Source of the DNA: an uncultured Prochlorococcus sp.
GTDB taxonomy: Bacteria > Cyanobacteriota > Cyanobacteriia > PCC-6307 > Cyanobiaceae
Assembly (NCBI GenBank): GCA_902629395.1
Contig: CACOQT010000002.1
Span: 20,670 to 84,669 of the forward strand
Length of the DNA stretch: 64,000 bases
Reading direction: 5' to 3'
Shown: positions 18,343 to 34,196 of the stretch, one piece after another
Position numbering within the stretch: position 1 is the stretch's first letter
Layout: each line of letters starts with the position of its first letter
The notes under the pieces: model-generated
Databases searched by the model: none
Told to the model about the DNA's origin: nothing
The model's input: only the letters and a program-made list of their open reading frames with translations
Made by a program: the position numbers and the translations under genes

Positions 18343-19392
18343 TTAATTACTCATTTCAATTGATGGGGGATCCAATCTTTCAGAGTCCTCCTCCACTAGT
18401 TGCAATCTCAATCTTTTTCCTCCAGAGAGTTCCCCAAGAGAAACTCTAATATTAGAGCCAGTGAGAGTTTGAAGGGTGTCTAAAAGCTCTCGCAAATATG
18501 GCGTGCTACTCCCAGACTCGACCCATAGTCTCTCTTGCAAACTTGCTAATCTTTTCCACGCAGAATGAAATTTTAATATCGAGCTCTCTATCGTTTTTGC
18601 TTGCCCAAAAGCATCTGAAAGTAATCCCAAAGAATCCAACCTAATTGCTTCTTGAGTAGCTTTATCTAAGTTTAAATTCTTATTCTGAAAAGCTCTTAAC
18701 GCAAGAGAAGCATCTAGAGACTTACCGATCCATTTGGCAGTATTCGTCATATCTTTTACTGAATCAATTTCAGGATTTTCTCTTAAAGTTTCACAGATTT
18801 CTTCTTGTTGAGTTGGCGATAACTTAGATAGTTCTCTTATCAATGGAGCAACAAACTTAGCTGGCAATAAATTCGATTGTGTTTTTTCTCTGATTTCATC
18901 TGGCAAAAGTGAGCTTGTCGCAGCCATGAATTGATCAGTTAAGCTCTTAACCTCTCTTCTTGTTATGTCCTTACCATCATTAGCGGCTTCAGAGATCATG
19001 TATTGAATCTCAGGTTCAGCATTTGCTGTTTCTATAAAAGCTCTTTTTGAAAAATTATTTACACTAGATTCTTCAAGAATCCCCTCACCTACAAGATTAT
19101 CCGATGAATCAGCTAGTTGAATAAGAGCATATGCTTTGCTTTTACTAATTTCCATCTCCCTTAACCATTGCAAAAAACCTGTACCTCTTCCATCACCTCC
19201 TTTTTTCTCTCTATCCCTTACAACACGTAAAATTCTTCCTCTCCAAATTTCAGTTTGCAAATCAAACTGCTCGCAAATTGACCATGCATTCTCTAATCTC
19301 GCAATAAAATCAATATTACTTAATTCGTCCTGATCAGGATCAGGCAAATCAAAACTAATAGAGGAGGGGTCTAAAGATGGCTGTGACAACAC
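18343..19392 (-). CDS. Conserved cyanobacterial hypothetical protein
   Basis: 349 aa; AW..C..FDLQTEIWRGRILR.VRDREK.GG.GRG.GFL.WL block, recognised from memory as a conserved cyanobacterial unknown next to psaE. Confidence 0.8.
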   Translation of the reverse strand: MLSQPSLDPSSISFDLPDPDQDELSNIDFIARLENAWSICEQFDLQTEIWRGRILRVVRDREKKGGDGRGTGFLQWLREMEISKSKAYALIQLADSSDNLVGEGILEESSVNNFSKRAFIETANAEPEIQYMISEAANDGKDITRREVKSLTDQFMAATSSLLPDEIREKTQSNLLPAKFVAPLIRELSKLSPTQQEEICETLRENPEIDSVKDMTNTAKWIGKSLDASLALRAFQNKNLNLDKATQEAIRLDSLGLLSDAFGQAKTIESSILKFHSAWKRLASLQERLWVESGSSTPYLRELLDTLQTLTGSNIRVSLGELSGGKRLRLQLVEEDSERLDPPSIEMSN

Positions 19393-19596
19393 TAAAATTA
19401 AAATCTGTTTAAGTTTGAACTGTTTAAAGTTAATTGAAAATTCGCCAGAAAATCAACAAGAAATATATTTCAATGCGAGTGAAAAATCTTTTAAAATTGG
19501 CGTGCTCTTAGAAATACCAGCGACAGTCTGTGACACTAACCACAAATATTTCCTATTTTGTTAGATAATGACTTTACTGATTATTGGAGAAGTTAG

Positions 19597-19815
19597 ATGA
19601 GCTTTGCCAGAAAAGATAAGGTTCGCATCTTACGTCAGGAATCATACTGGTTCAATCAAATAGGAGAAATAGTTTCCATCGATAAATCTCCAACAATGAG
19701 ATACCCAGTAACTGTAAAATTTGAAAAATGCGATTTCAAAGCTTTTAGTGGTGTTGATGGTGGTGCGAATACCAGTCAATTTTCAATTAAAGAATTAGAA
19801 GCTGCCTCTAGCTAA
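19597..19815 (+). CDS. psaE: Photosystem I subunit IV PsaE
   Basis: KVRILR.ESYWFN..G.I.SID.....YPV.V.FEK; upstream of mutM. Confidence 0.93.
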   Translation: MSFARKDKVRILRQESYWFNQIGEIVSIDKSPTMRYPVTVKFEKCDFKAFSGVDGGANTSQFSIKELEAASS

Positions 19816-19829
19816 CCTTATTATTACTT

Positions 19830-20678
19830 TTGCCAGAATTACCTGAAGTTGAGACCGTAAGAAAAGGACTTGAAAAGCTTTTGAATGGTTTCTTTATTGA
19901 AAGAATAGAGGTATTAAAAGAACGCTCAATAGCAAGTTTTGGTGGTTCCAAAAATTTTATAAAAAATATTCAACATAGTCACATTGGCAATTGGGAGAGA
20001 AGAGGGAAATATTTAATAGGATCTCTTTATTCGAAAAAAAAAGATAGTAAAGGTTTTATTGTGGTCCATCTGAGAATGACAGGCCAATTTAAATTCCAAA
20101 AGAAACAAATTATTCCTTGCAAACATACAAGAGTAAGGTTTTTTGACAAGACAGGTCGCGAACTTCGTTTTATAGATATTCGAAACTTTGGGCAAATGTG
20201 GTATGTGCCAGTCTCAAAATCAATACCAGAAGTAGTACCAGGAATTAAAAGATTAGGTCCTGAGCCATTAAGTGATAGTTTTAATAGTCTTTATTTAGAA
20301 GAGTATTTAAAGAATAAAACTCGCTCCATTAAATCTGCTTTATTGGATCAAGCAACTGTCGCTGGTGTGGGAAATATATATGCAGATGAAACATTATTTG
20401 ATGCAGGTATTAATCCAAAGACTAAAAGTATGAATTTGAAGAGTTATGAATTAAAAAAACTTTGCAAAAGTTTGGTCAAAATATTAAAAATAAGTATCGG
20501 GAAAGGAGGGACTACTTTTAGTGACTTTAGAGATTTAGAAGGAATTAATGGAAATTATGGTGGACAAGCCTTGGTATATAGAAGAAGCGGTAAATCATGT
20601 AGAAAATGTGGAGAAAAGATATTACGAGAAAAGATTTGCGGCAGAAGCACTCATTGGTGTCCTAATTGCCAAAAATAA
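19830..20678 (+). CDS. mutM: Formamidopyrimidine-DNA glycosylase
   Basis: MPELPEVETV, RRGKYL, HLRMTG, LGPEPL, LLDQ..VAGVGNIYADE.LF, C-terminal zinc finger C..C...GRSTHWCPNCQ. Confidence 0.98.
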   Translation: MPELPEVETVRKGLEKLLNGFFIERIEVLKERSIASFGGSKNFIKNIQHSHIGNWERRGKYLIGSLYSKKKDSKGFIVVHLRMTGQFKFQKKQIIPCKHTRVRFFDKTGRELRFIDIRNFGQMWYVPVSKSIPEVVPGIKRLGPEPLSDSFNSLYLEEYLKNKTRSIKSALLDQATVAGVGNIYADETLFDAGINPKTKSMNLKSYELKKLCKSLVKILKISIGKGGTTFSDFRDLEGINGNYGGQALVYRRSGKSCRKCGEKILREKICGRSTHWCPNCQK

Positions 20679-20687
20679 TTAACAATT

Positions 20688-20716
20688 AAAAAAGAGCCTA
20701 TGAAGGCTCTTTTTTT
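20688..20716. terminator. Bidirectional intrinsic terminator between mutM and the rrn operon
   Basis: AAAAAAGAGCCT-atga-AGGCTCTTTTTT. Confidence 0.88.
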
Positions 20717-20727
20717 TAAAATTTTTA

Positions 20728-20844
20728 CCTGGCATTGAGCTATTTTCTCAGGGGGCTACCCCCCAAATATCTTCGCCGCTGATGCGTTTCACAACCGAGT
20801 TCGAGATGGATCGGAGTGGTTCCACATCGCCATGAACACCAGGA
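20728..20844 (-). rRNA. rrf: 5S rRNA
   Basis: Reverse complement starts TCCTGGTGTTCATGGCGATGTGGAACCACTCCGATCCATCTCGAACTCGG; lies downstream of 23S. Confidence 0.95.
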
Positions 20845-20934
20845 TAGTGTTCTAAAGAACCTTGAAGACTGCATAGAATGATTAAAGTTTAATCAGAAAG
20901 AATAAAGCAACAAAACTGAGTAAGAGCATAAAAA

Positions 20935-23809
<2,875 letters not shown>

Positions 23810-23942
23810 TTAAATACAATCACAAAATTAATTGTGCTCGGCTATTACTCAAGAATTAAACAAAATTCTGAATTTAAATTTAGTTGTAAAAACTAAATTT
23901 CTTTCAGAATTATGCATCCATGAGATGCTTTATCTTTCTAAT

Positions 23943-23962
23943 CTATGCAGTTTTCAAGGTTC
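23943..23962 (-). promoter_or_regulatory. ITS boxA / 23S processing-stem arm
   Basis: Transcript GAACCTTGAAAACTGCATAG is complementary (one mismatch) to the copy downstream of 23S at 20858-20877. Confidence 0.75.
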
Positions 23963-24109
23963 TACTGAATTCTCATGGACATAAGCCATGCGAGCCCAGC
24001 ATATTATCAACTTTAAGAAGATGATAAGAAGCTAGGTTCTTTTCATATAGAGATCTAAATCACGCCAACAAATTTCCTCCGGATTTGTAGTTACCAGGGT
24101 AGGTTTCAG

Positions 24110-24182
24110 TGGAGGTAAGCGGACTCGAACCGCTGACATCCTGCTTGCAAAGCAGGCGCTCTACCAACTGAGCTATACCCCC
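24110..24182 (-). tRNA. trnA: tRNA-Ala (TGC)
   Basis: GGGGGTATAGCTCAGTTGGTAGAGCGCCTGCTT-TGC-AAGCAGG...GGTTCGAGTCCGCTTACCTCCA in the 16S-23S ITS. Confidence 0.97.
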
Positions 24183-24191
24183 AACAACGAA

Positions 24192-24265
<74 letters not shown>

Positions 24266-24425
24266 AGGAGAACCCTTGTTGGGTGTGACCTAGACAAGTT
24301 TAGGAACTGAAATTTTTTATTAATTATAAGTTAATAAAAACCTGAGGTACCGATCGACCTTGAGGTGACAGGATTGCGGCCTGAGATATTTACTCAGACA
24401 TCACAATCTATTATTTGTCTCCCTG

Positions 24426-25910
<1,485 letters not shown>

Positions 25911-26221
25911 ATTCAGGCCCTATTGTAAAAATGAATCTACTCAGTCTGATTTGCTTCTCCCACTTCTTTCAGCACAGACGTACTGATAGTGATTGTTGCC
26001 ACCTTATTTATTAAGGGTTCTAAAGAGTGCACTAAGTTTTATCTTCGTGACTTTCCCGGATCTCAGATCCGTCGTTGCATCCTCATTAGAGACGAAAATT
26101 CAGAAGAGTCGTGAAACCCACTCCAAATTACGCTGCATGATTAACAACTAATTTCTTTTGACGGGACCTCACACTCATATCGCAATACATCTGATTAATA
26201 AAAATCAGACGCGATAAAAGC

Positions 26222-26254
26222 GTCAGTTCCTAAACTTTTAAGTTGTCTAGGTTC
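26222..26254 (-). promoter_or_regulatory. rrn leader arm of the 16S processing stem
   Basis: Leader GAACCTAGACAACTTAAAAGTTTAGGAACTGA is complementary to the ITS segment at 24287-24310 (TCAGTTCCTAAACTTGTCTAGGTC in the transcript). Confidence 0.7.
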
Positions 26255-26540
26255 TGTTTCGGCCCAAAAGCCAAAACATTTTCGATCTTTCGACCGTTTT
26301 TCAGCTTACAGCAAAGAAGGGTTTAGTCTTCAAATGTTGTAAAACTCCCACTTAACTAAAATACTTTCGTAATTTTGGCTAACTGAGTACGCTCCAGATT
26401 TACTTTCGCGCAGAAGAATATTCTAGACCCTCGAAGTACTTACTTGCAACAAAGTTGCAAATGAAATGTTTTACCTCTTACTATCGATATAAAAGGAGTA
26501 AGCCATAACTAGCTTTTAGCGATGGCAACAGATTATTTAC

Positions 26541-27992
26541 ATGCCCGCACGTTTTAGCCAACAGCATCAAAGGGTTCGCCCCAACTCAAACGAAGACAAA
26601 GTTGTTGCAAGAGCTAAAGAACATTTTGAAAAGACTCTGATCGAAATTTCTGGAGATATTGCTGGTAGTGTCGCAGCTTTAGAGCATCCCACGAAAAATG
26701 ATGCTCTTAATTACGGAGAAATATTTCTGAGGGACAATGTCCCAGTAATGATTTATCTGTTAACTCAAAAACGATTTGAAATAGTCAAGAAATTCTTAAC
26801 AGTAAGCCTAGATTTACAAAGTACTACCTATCAAACCAGAGGAGTTTTCCCAACTAGCTTTGTCGAAGAGAAAGGAAAATTAATTGCAGATTATGGTCAG
26901 AGATCTATTGGAAGAATTACCTCAGCCGATGCGAGCCTGTGGTGGCCCGTTCTTTGTTGGCTATATGTAAGAAAAAGTGGCGATCAAAGTTTTGGGACAA
27001 GTCAACAGGTTCAAAGAGGAGTTCAACTTCTGCTTGATTTGGTTTTACACCCGACTTTTGAGGGAAATCCTGTTTTATTCGTACCTGATTGTTCATTCAT
27101 GATCGATCGACCCATGGACGTATGGGGAGCTCCTCTTGAAGTAGAAGTTTTGTTGCATGCATGTCTAAAAAGTTGTATCCAATTGATGGAATTGAGTAGA
27201 AAGCATCAAAAAAGTCGATTGCTCGATCAAAGGCTTGTTTTAACTCGTCAATGGGTGCATGATCTTCGGCAATTTCTTTTGAAGCACTATTGGGTTACGA
27301 GCAAGACAATGCAGGTTTTAAGAAGAAGACCTACTGAGCAATATGGTGAAGATCAACATCAAAATGAGTTCAATGTCCAGCCACAAGTCGTTCCTTCATG
27401 GCTTCAAGATTGGTTAGAAAATAGAGGAGGATATCTCATTGGAAATATTCGCACAGGAAGACCAGATTTTCGTTTTTACAGCTTAGGAAATTCTTTAGCA
27501 TGCATGTTTGGAGTATTGACAGCACCTCAACAAAGAGCATTATTTCGTCTGGTTTTACATAACCGGGAACACCTGATGGCACAAATGCCAATGAGAATAT
27601 GTCATCCACCTATGGACGTAGAGGAATGGCAAAACAAAACAGGATCAGACCCTAAAAACTGGCCATGGAGTTATCACAATGGGGGGCATTGGCCGAGTCT
27701 ATTGTGGTTTTTTGGTGCATCTATATTGCTACATGAAAAACGTTATCCAAAAGCTGATGTTCTACTTATGGGACAAATGAGAGCTCTTATTGAAGAATGC
27801 TATTGGAGTCAATTAAACCAACTACCAAGACAAAAATGGGCAGAATATTTTGATGGGCCAACTGGAACATGGGTTGGTCAACAATCTAGAACTTATCAAA
27901 CTTGGACAATTGTAGGGTTTTTATTACTCCATCATCTGCTGAGAGCAGAGCCGGATGATGTGTTGATGTTGGACCTAGAGGAAAACCTTTAA
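26541..27992 (+). CDS. Alkaline/neutral invertase (GH100)
   Basis: [25 protein letters not shown]....[50 protein letters not shown]. Confidence 0.93.
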   Translation: MPARFSQQHQRVRPNSNEDKVVARAKEHFEKTLIEISGDIAGSVAALEHPTKNDALNYGEIFLRDNVPVMIYLLTQKRFEIVKKFLTVSLDLQSTTYQTRGVFPTSFVEEKGKLIADYGQRSIGRITSADASLWWPVLCWLYVRKSGDQSFGTSQQVQRGVQLLLDLVLHPTFEGNPVLFVPDCSFMIDRPMDVWGAPLEVEVLLHACLKSCIQLMELSRKHQKSRLLDQRLVLTRQWVHDLRQFLLKHYWVTSKTMQVLRRRPTEQYGEDQHQNEFNVQPQVVPSWLQDWLENRGGYLIGNIRTGRPDFRFYSLGNSLACMFGVLTAPQQRALFRLVLHNREHLMAQMPMRICHPPMDVEEWQNKTGSDPKNWPWSYHNGGHWPSLLWFFGASILLHEKRYPKADVLLMGQMRALIEECYWSQLNQLPRQKWAEYFDGPTGTWVGQQSRTYQTWTIVGFLLLHHLLRAEPDDVLMLDLEENL

Positions 27993-28471
27993 AACAAACC
28001 TAAAGTTAGAGATTTATCAATAGGCAAGCATGCTCCTATACCTAAGTACATTGTTAAAACTGTTCCAAATAAAAATAATGTCATTGCGACTGGTCTCCTA
28101 AAAGGATTAGCGAATTTGTTGATGTTTTCTATGAATGGAAGAATCATCAAACCCAGCGGTATCAATGTCTGCAAAGCAATACCAAGCAACTTATTTGGAA
28201 CGACACGTAAAATCTGAAAGACAGGATACAAATACCACTCAGGTAAAATCTCTAATGGAGTTGCAAAAGGATTGGCTTTATCTCCTAAAAATGCAGGATC
28301 TAAAACTGCTAACCCAACAACACATGCAATTGTCCCAAGAATGACAACAGGGAATATATATAGTAAATCGTTGGGCCAAGCGGGTTCTCCATAATAATTA
28401 TGACCCATACCCTTAGCGAGTTTTGCTCTTAATTTGGTATCAGCTAAATCAGGTTTCTTTAGTGTAGACAT
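27989..28471 (-). CDS. petD: Cytochrome b6-f subunit IV
   Basis: [33 protein letters not shown]. Confidence 0.99.
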   Translation of the reverse strand: MSTLKKPDLADTKLRAKLAKGMGHNYYGEPAWPNDLLYIFPVVILGTIACVVGLAVLDPAFLGDKANPFATPLEILPEWYLYPVFQILRVVPNKLLGIALQTLIPLGLMILPFIENINKFANPFRRPVAMTLFLFGTVLTMYLGIGACLPIDKSLTLGLF

Positions 28472-28528
28472 GGTTTGAAAGATTTAAGAAAACGAATTAA
28501 ATTATTTTGTTTGATTTAATGACTTTTA

Positions 28529-29185
28529 TTATAAAGGACCGGATATTCCTTGTTTTCTGATCATTAGGAAATGCATCAACATAAAAACAGCCAATAACCA
28601 TGGCATTACAAAAGTATGAAGACTATAAAATCTTGTCAAGGTTGACTGGCCTACGCTCTCACCGCCTCTAAGCAGTTCAACCATAAAGTCACCGATGACT
28701 GGTATGGCAGCTGGTACTCCAGAAACAATTTTAACTGCCCAGTACCCAACTTGATCCCATGGCAATGAGTAACCGGTAACTCCAAAAGCAACTGTTATGA
28801 CCGCCATAACAACACCAGTTATCCATGTCAATTCCCTAGGCCTTTTGAATCCTCCTGTTAAATAAACCCTAAAAACATGCAAAATAAGCATGAGTACCAT
28901 CATTGAGGCACTCCATCTATGAACTGATCTAATCAACCAACCAAAGCTGACATCTGTCATTAGATAGCTAACAGAGTTATAAGCTTCAGTTACTGTGGGT
29001 TTGTAATAAAAGGTCATCGCGAATCCAGTCGCGAATTGAATCAGAAAACAAACCAGTGTTATCCCACCCAGACAATAGAAAATGTTGACATGTGGAGGAA
29101 CGTATTTTGAAGTGACATCATCAGCTATGTCCTGTATCTCAAGACGTTCCTGGAACCAGTCATAAACCGGGGAAGAGTTCGCCAT
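28529..29185 (-). CDS. petB: Cytochrome b6
   Basis: [18 protein letters not shown]..., [34 protein letters not shown]; start set at ATG 29185, not the ORF-track extension. Confidence 0.99.
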   Translation of the reverse strand: MANSSPVYDWFQERLEIQDIADDVTSKYVPPHVNIFYCLGGITLVCFLIQFATGFAMTFYYKPTVTEAYNSVSYLMTDVSFGWLIRSVHRWSASMMVLMLILHVFRVYLTGGFKRPRELTWITGVVMAVITVAFGVTGYSLPWDQVGYWAVKIVSGVPAAIPVIGDFMVELLRGGESVGQSTLTRFYSLHTFVMPWLLAVFMLMHFLMIRKQGISGPL

Positions 29186-29254
29186 CCACTTATGCACTGT
29201 ATTTTCAAATATCTTACTAGATGTGCCCCTTGGTCGCCTCAAAAGATCAATCCA

Positions 29255-30565
29255 ATGCTTTCAACTGTTAAATCTTTAACTAAGCTACTGCAAAGATTTT
29301 TTGCAGTTTTAATTAGCTTTGGGATTTTATTTCAAGTTTTAACTCAACCTGCTTTCGCACTCAATGATGGACAATTACTGGTTATCGAGGCTTGGAATCT
29401 CGTTAATGCGGGTTATCTAGATCCAAAAAAATTTGATGAGATTCAATGGAAAAAGCTTCGTCAGAAAGCCCTTGAGAAACCAATAAATAATTCACAACAA
29501 GCCTACTCAGCGATTGAAGCAATGCTTCTTCCGCTTGGAGATCCATACACACGTTTGTTAAAACCAGATGATTATGAATCCATGAAAAAAAGCAATATTG
29601 GAAGTGAAATAAATGGAGTTGGTCTTCAGTTGGGAGCAAGAAGAGAAGATGGCGAAATAGTTGTAATCTCCCCATTAGAGGGATCGCCCTCATCAGATGC
29701 TGGTATCACAAGCGGAACAATATTAAAAAAAGTCAACGGGCAATCTCCCAAGCAGTTAGGTCTTGAAGCAACAGCAGCAAAATTGAGAGGGCAAACCGGA
29801 ACGCAAGTAGTTGTTGAGTTAGAGCTTCCTGACAAGGAAATAAAAGAAATCTCTTTAGATAGAAGAAGTGTCGATTTAAGACCAGTTAGGACTAAGAGAA
29901 TCCGAAATGAATCTCATACGTTTGGTTATTTGAGAATCACACAATTTAGTGAGGGAGTACCAGAGCAAGTAAAGCAAGCCTTAAAAGAATTATCTGAAAA
30001 AGATATAGATGGATTGATTTTGGACCTAAGAAACAATTCTGGTGGTCTAGTGAGTTCTGGACTTGCTGTTGCTGACGATTTTCTGAACAAAATGCCAATT
30101 GTTGAAACGAAAAAAAGAGATTCAATAAATGACCCCATAAGTTCCAGTGAAGAAACTCTTTACGATGGCCCAATGGTTACTTTGGTCAATGAGGGTACTG
30201 CAAGTGCTAGTGAAATTCTTGCCGGTGCCTTACAGGACAATCAGAGATCAGAACTTATAGGTAGTAAAACTTTTGGAAAAGGTCTTATCCAATCCTTGAC
30301 AAATTTAAGCGATGGTAGTGGTTTAGCTGTAACAGTAGCCAGTTATCTAACTCCAAGCGGAAGAGACATACAGAATCTTGGTATTGAGCCAGATCGCCTA
30401 TTGGAAATGCCAGAGCCGCTCAATCCAGGATCAGATGAAGACAGATGGCTTTTGGATGCAGAGCTGATAATGCAAGCCATGCTGGACAAAGAGAAAGTTT
30501 CAGAAAAGTTTTCAAAAGAAAGTCACGAAAAAGAAAGTGAATTGATTATCAAAGAACTTATGTGA
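29255..30565 (+). CDS. ctpA: Carboxyl-terminal processing protease (S41A, CtpA-type)
   Basis: [46 protein letters not shown]; start set at MLSTVKS. Confidence 0.9.
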   Translation: MLSTVKSLTKLLQRFFAVLISFGILFQVLTQPAFALNDGQLLVIEAWNLVNAGYLDPKKFDEIQWKKLRQKALEKPINNSQQAYSAIEAMLLPLGDPYTRLLKPDDYESMKKSNIGSEINGVGLQLGARREDGEIVVISPLEGSPSSDAGITSGTILKKVNGQSPKQLGLEATAAKLRGQTGTQVVVELELPDKEIKEISLDRRSVDLRPVRTKRIRNESHTFGYLRITQFSEGVPEQVKQALKELSEKDIDGLILDLRNNSGGLVSSGLAVADDFLNKMPIVETKKRDSINDPISSSEETLYDGPMVTLVNEGTASASEILAGALQDNQRSELIGSKTFGKGLIQSLTNLSDGSGLAVTVASYLTPSGRDIQNLGIEPDRLLEMPEPLNPGSDEDRWLLDAELIMQAMLDKEKVSEKFSKESHEKESELIIKELM

Positions 30566-30568
30566 GTT

Positions 30569-31828
30569 ATGACAACAAGGACTTATTATGACCCTCTTCA
30601 TCAATCCATCACACTAAAAAGCTCTCTGCCTGAAGAGAAAATGGTGATGGAATTAATAGACTCTTCGCCATTTCAAAGATTAAGAAGAATTAAACAATTA
30701 GGTCCTGCATACTTAACGTTTCATGGGGCAGAATCAAGCAGGTTTACACATTCTCTTGGCGTTTTTCATTTAGCGAGAAGAGCCATAAATCATTTATCTG
30801 AGTTTGATTCTCGATTAAAAAAGTATAAATTCATTCTCTATGGGGCTGCTCTTTTACATGATTTAGGTCATGGCCCATTAAGTCATACGAGTGAAGAAAT
30901 ATTTAAAATAAATCATGAAATGTGGACAGGAAAAATAATCAATTCAAATCAAGAGATTAATAATATTCTTAATAGATATGGCAATGGAATTGCAAAAGAG
31001 GTTGCAGATCTAATCCAATCAAGGCATGCTCCTGAAAAATCAATAATTTCTTTGATTAGTAGTCAGCTTGATTGTGATCGACTTGATTACTTAATGAGAG
31101 ATAGCTATACGACAGGTGCAAGATATGGGCAATTAGATATCGATAGGATAATATCAGCAATGGTAATTGCACCAGATGGAGATTTAGCAATACACCCGAA
31201 GGGTTTAATGGCAGTCGAGCATTATTTAGTTATTAGAAATCTTATGTATAGAAGCGTTTATAACCATAGATTAAATGAAGTTTGCAACTGGTTATTAGAA
31301 CAAATTATAAAAACTGCAAGAAGAATCGACCCAAAAAAAATATGGGCTGACCAAAACATGTATCAATGGCTATGGAATCATGAAGAAATGAGCATAGAAA
31401 ATTTCCTCTCAAATGATGATGTGGTAACTGGATACCATATTCATCAATGGCAAAACTCATCTTCTCATCAACTATCTAATCTTTGCAAACGGTTTATAAA
31501 TAGGAATTTATTGAAAGCTTTAAATATATCTTTTTTCTCTTTAGAAAAAAGACTAGAAGCCCTCGCTATAGCTAGAAATCTTGCAGAAAAATATTGTATT
31601 GAGCCCGATATATCATGTGGACTAAGAGAACAAATCGTCAAAAGTTACCATCCTTATAAATATGGACTTCGTTTATGGGATGGAGAAAAATTACAAGCTC
31701 TAGAAAAAGTTTCACCATTAGTTGAAAGATTAATAGAGCCTAATCAATCTTCTTGGTTAATTTATCCAAAAGAAATTGACAGCAAATTAAAAATGGAGAT
31801 TGAAATGCTAGAAATAAAATATCATTAA
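30569..31828 (+). CDS. HD-domain phosphohydrolase (dNTP triphosphohydrolase-like)
   Basis: DPLH, FQRLRRIKQLG, SRFTHSLGV, ALLHDLGHGPLSH, SQLDCDRLDYL.RD. Confidence 0.92.
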   Translation: MTTRTYYDPLHQSITLKSSLPEEKMVMELIDSSPFQRLRRIKQLGPAYLTFHGAESSRFTHSLGVFHLARRAINHLSEFDSRLKKYKFILYGAALLHDLGHGPLSHTSEEIFKINHEMWTGKIINSNQEINNILNRYGNGIAKEVADLIQSRHAPEKSIISLISSQLDCDRLDYLMRDSYTTGARYGQLDIDRIISAMVIAPDGDLAIHPKGLMAVEHYLVIRNLMYRSVYNHRLNEVCNWLLEQIIKTARRIDPKKIWADQNMYQWLWNHEEMSIENFLSNDDVVTGYHIHQWQNSSSHQLSNLCKRFINRNLLKALNISFFSLEKRLEALAIARNLAEKYCIEPDISCGLREQIVKSYHPYKYGLRLWDGEKLQALEKVSPLVERLIEPNQSSWLIYPKEIDSKLKMEIEMLEIKYH

Positions 31829-31830
31829 AA

Positions 31831-32478
31831 ATGGATCATATTAATCAGAAAATAATTGTCTATATCGAAAACAATCATTATCAAGATTGGAAATTATGTT
31901 TAAAAAGTAAATTAAAAAGTCTGAAGTCCAGTAATGTAGAAATAGATTCTAGAAATCTCGAACTTTCATGTACAGATATTAAAGAAATAATAAAAATCTC
32001 AAGCCAACATAATTGTAAAATTATAAGTTTTTGTTCAACATCTCCAAAAACAATTGTAAGTGCACAATCGCTAGGTCTTAAATCTAATTTTAGTATTGAG
32101 AGTGATTCAAAAAATACCTCAAATTTAAATGAAAAAAATATAACTTTTTCAAGAACTCACTTTCATCAAGGAACGGTCAGGTCAGGCGAATATCTAGATA
32201 GCCCTGGGGATTTATTAATACTTGGAGATGTTAATCCAGGTGCAAAAGTTAGTGCAGAAGGAAATATTATTATTTGGGGAAGACTCCTTGGTATTGCACA
32301 TGCCGGCAGCAAAGGAAACTCTCATGCAACGATAAGTGCGCTACAACTAAGACCCGTACAACTAAGAATCGCTAAAAAAGTAGCAAGAGGTCCTAAGGAC
32401 AAAGCTCAACTTGGTATTGCAGAACAAGCAAGAATAGATTCTGAAGAAATCATAATTTCCCCACTGGAGAACACATAA
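31831..32478 (+). CDS. minC: Septum site-determining protein MinC
   Basis: GTVRSG....GDLLILGDVNPGA.V.A.GNI..WGRL.GIAHAG; upstream of minDE. Confidence 0.93.
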   Translation: MDHINQKIIVYIENNHYQDWKLCLKSKLKSLKSSNVEIDSRNLELSCTDIKEIIKISSQHNCKIISFCSTSPKTIVSAQSLGLKSNFSIESDSKNTSNLNEKNITFSRTHFHQGTVRSGEYLDSPGDLLILGDVNPGAKVSAEGNIIIWGRLLGIAHAGSKGNSHATISALQLRPVQLRIAKKVARGPKDKAQLGIAEQARIDSEEIIISPLENT

Positions 32479-32652
32479 TGCAAAAAGCTATACCAGTTAT
32501 TACAAGAATTAATTTCGTTTATAGATCAGGGAAAAAACACCTTCTATGAACTTAGAGATGTCTTCAAAAGCAAACTCAATGCAACCGTTCTCACAATAAA
32601 GCTTTTCTCTTTATCAAAATCGAACTAAAGTTTGTCGAATCCAAGGAGGTCC

Positions 32653-33468
32653 GTGGGGACAGATACACGCGTCATTCTTATTTGCTCAGGAAAAGGTGGT
32701 GTCGGCAAGACAACTCTTACCGCAAATCTTGGCATTTCATTAGCGAGGCAGGGTCTTAGTACTGCGGTTCTCGATGCAGACTTTGGCCTGAGAAATTTAG
32801 ATTTACTTTTAGGTCTTGAGAATCGAATTGTTTATACAGCTCAGGAAGTTTTAGAGGAGGAATGCAGACTTGATCAGGCCTTAGTAAAGCATAAGCAAGA
32901 ATCTAATCTATCTCTACTCCCTGCTGGCAATCCAAGAATGCTTGATTGGTTAAAGCCTGATGACATGAAACGCATAGTTGGCATGTTGAGTGAGCAGTTC
33001 AACTACGTTTTAATTGACTGCCCTGCTGGTGTTGAGGATGGATTTAAAAATGCCGTAGCAGCATCAAAAGAGGCAATTGTAGTAACAAATCCTGAGGTTT
33101 CTGCAGTGAGAGATGCAGACAGAGTTATTGGGTTGCTAAACACAAATGAAATTAAACCTGTTCAGTTAGTTCTTAATAGGGTCAGGCCGAAAATGATGGC
33201 AAGCCAAGAAATGCTTTCCATAAATGATGTAACTGATATTTTGGCATTGCCTTTGCTAGGACTTGTTCTTGAAGATGAACAAGTTATTGTTAGCACCAAT
33301 AGAGGTGAGCCCCTTACTTTAAATAGCGTTAATTCTCCAGCGGCTAAATGTTATCTAAATATTGCTAAAAGGCTTCAAGGAGAAGATATTCCGCTCATTG
33401 ATCCCTCCAAAGAAACCAATGGATTTGGAGCGAAATTTAGAAGACTAATGCAAACAAAAATTTTTTAA
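32653..33468 (+). CDS. minD: Septum site-determining ATPase MinD
   Basis: [51 protein letters not shown] start after the AAGGAGG RBS. Confidence 0.98.
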   Translation: MGTDTRVILICSGKGGVGKTTLTANLGISLARQGLSTAVLDADFGLRNLDLLLGLENRIVYTAQEVLEEECRLDQALVKHKQESNLSLLPAGNPRMLDWLKPDDMKRIVGMLSEQFNYVLIDCPAGVEDGFKNAVAASKEAIVVTNPEVSAVRDADRVIGLLNTNEIKPVQLVLNRVRPKMMASQEMLSINDVTDILALPLLGLVLEDEQVIVSTNRGEPLTLNSVNSPAAKCYLNIAKRLQGEDIPLIDPSKETNGFGAKFRRLMQTKIF

Positions 33469-33472
33469 ACAA

Positions 33473-33814
33473 ATGACACTTAGAGACATTATCAACAAAT
33501 TACTTCGTAGGCAGCCTGCAAGTGCCAGCACCGCTAGAGAAAGACTTCAACTAGTTTTAGCCCATGATCGCTCAGATCTCAGTACAGAACTTTTAGATCA
33601 AATGAGAAGAGAAATTTTAGATGTAGTTGCAAAATACGTAGAAATTGATATGGAAGAGGGTGCAGTAAGCCTAGAAACAGAAGATCGCATGACTGCTTTA
33701 GTTGCAAACCTACCAATAAAAAGGACTTTAAATGGCCAAATCAAACTTATTGAACCTCCTAATCAAGCTAATGAAAATTCTCAAGAAGCAGACAAAACCA
33801 TTCAAAGTTCATAG
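33473..33814 (+). CDS. minE: Cell division topological specificity factor MinE
   Basis: [42 protein letters not shown]. Confidence 0.97.
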   Translation: MTLRDIINKLLRRQPASASTARERLQLVLAHDRSDLSTELLDQMRREILDVVAKYVEIDMEEGAVSLETEDRMTALVANLPIKRTLNGQIKLIEPPNQANENSQEADKTIQSS

Positions 33815-33937
33815 TCAATACTGAGAAAACATAATTTTTTGGTTCAGATTAAAAAAGATTTTCAAAAAAGTAGTTTCAACAAATTATTTAAATGGATTAA
33901 CTTTTGGATTACTTTCTTAGGTAAGATAAATCACGTT

Positions 33938-34009
33938 GCCGGCTTAGCTCAGCGGTAGAGCAGCGCTTTTGTAAAGCGAAGGTCATCAGTTCAAATCTGT
34001 TAGCCGGCA
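33938..34009 (+). tRNA. trnT: tRNA-Thr (TGT)
   Basis: GCCGGCTTAGCTCAGCGGTAGAGCAGCGCTTT-TGT-AAAGCG...AGTTCAAATCTGTTAGCCGGCA. Confidence 0.95.
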
Positions 34010-34196
34010 TTTTTTGAACATCAACAGACCAAATTTACTTCGATTTGGCTGAGATGATCCAAATAAAAAAAGCTACAACAACTATATTGAAAAATTTAAA
34101 TTGTACAATCCATTCAAAACCGATTATAGGAATTCTGAAAAGCCACCAAAAAATAGCCTGTAATAACAACACTATTAAAAACAAATAAACCATTAC

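Noticed and set aside
20858..20877. 20-bp inverted match to 23943-23962 (and the 24287/26222 pair), at first suggestive of mobile-element ends
   Set aside because: These are the normal rRNA processing stems and boxA region flanking 23S and 16S.
29186..29254. ORF-track N-terminal extensions making petB and ctpA overlap head-to-head
   Set aside because: Conserved PetB begins at [11 protein letters not shown] (29185) and CtpA has a plausible signal peptide from 29255, so the extensions are probably untranslated.
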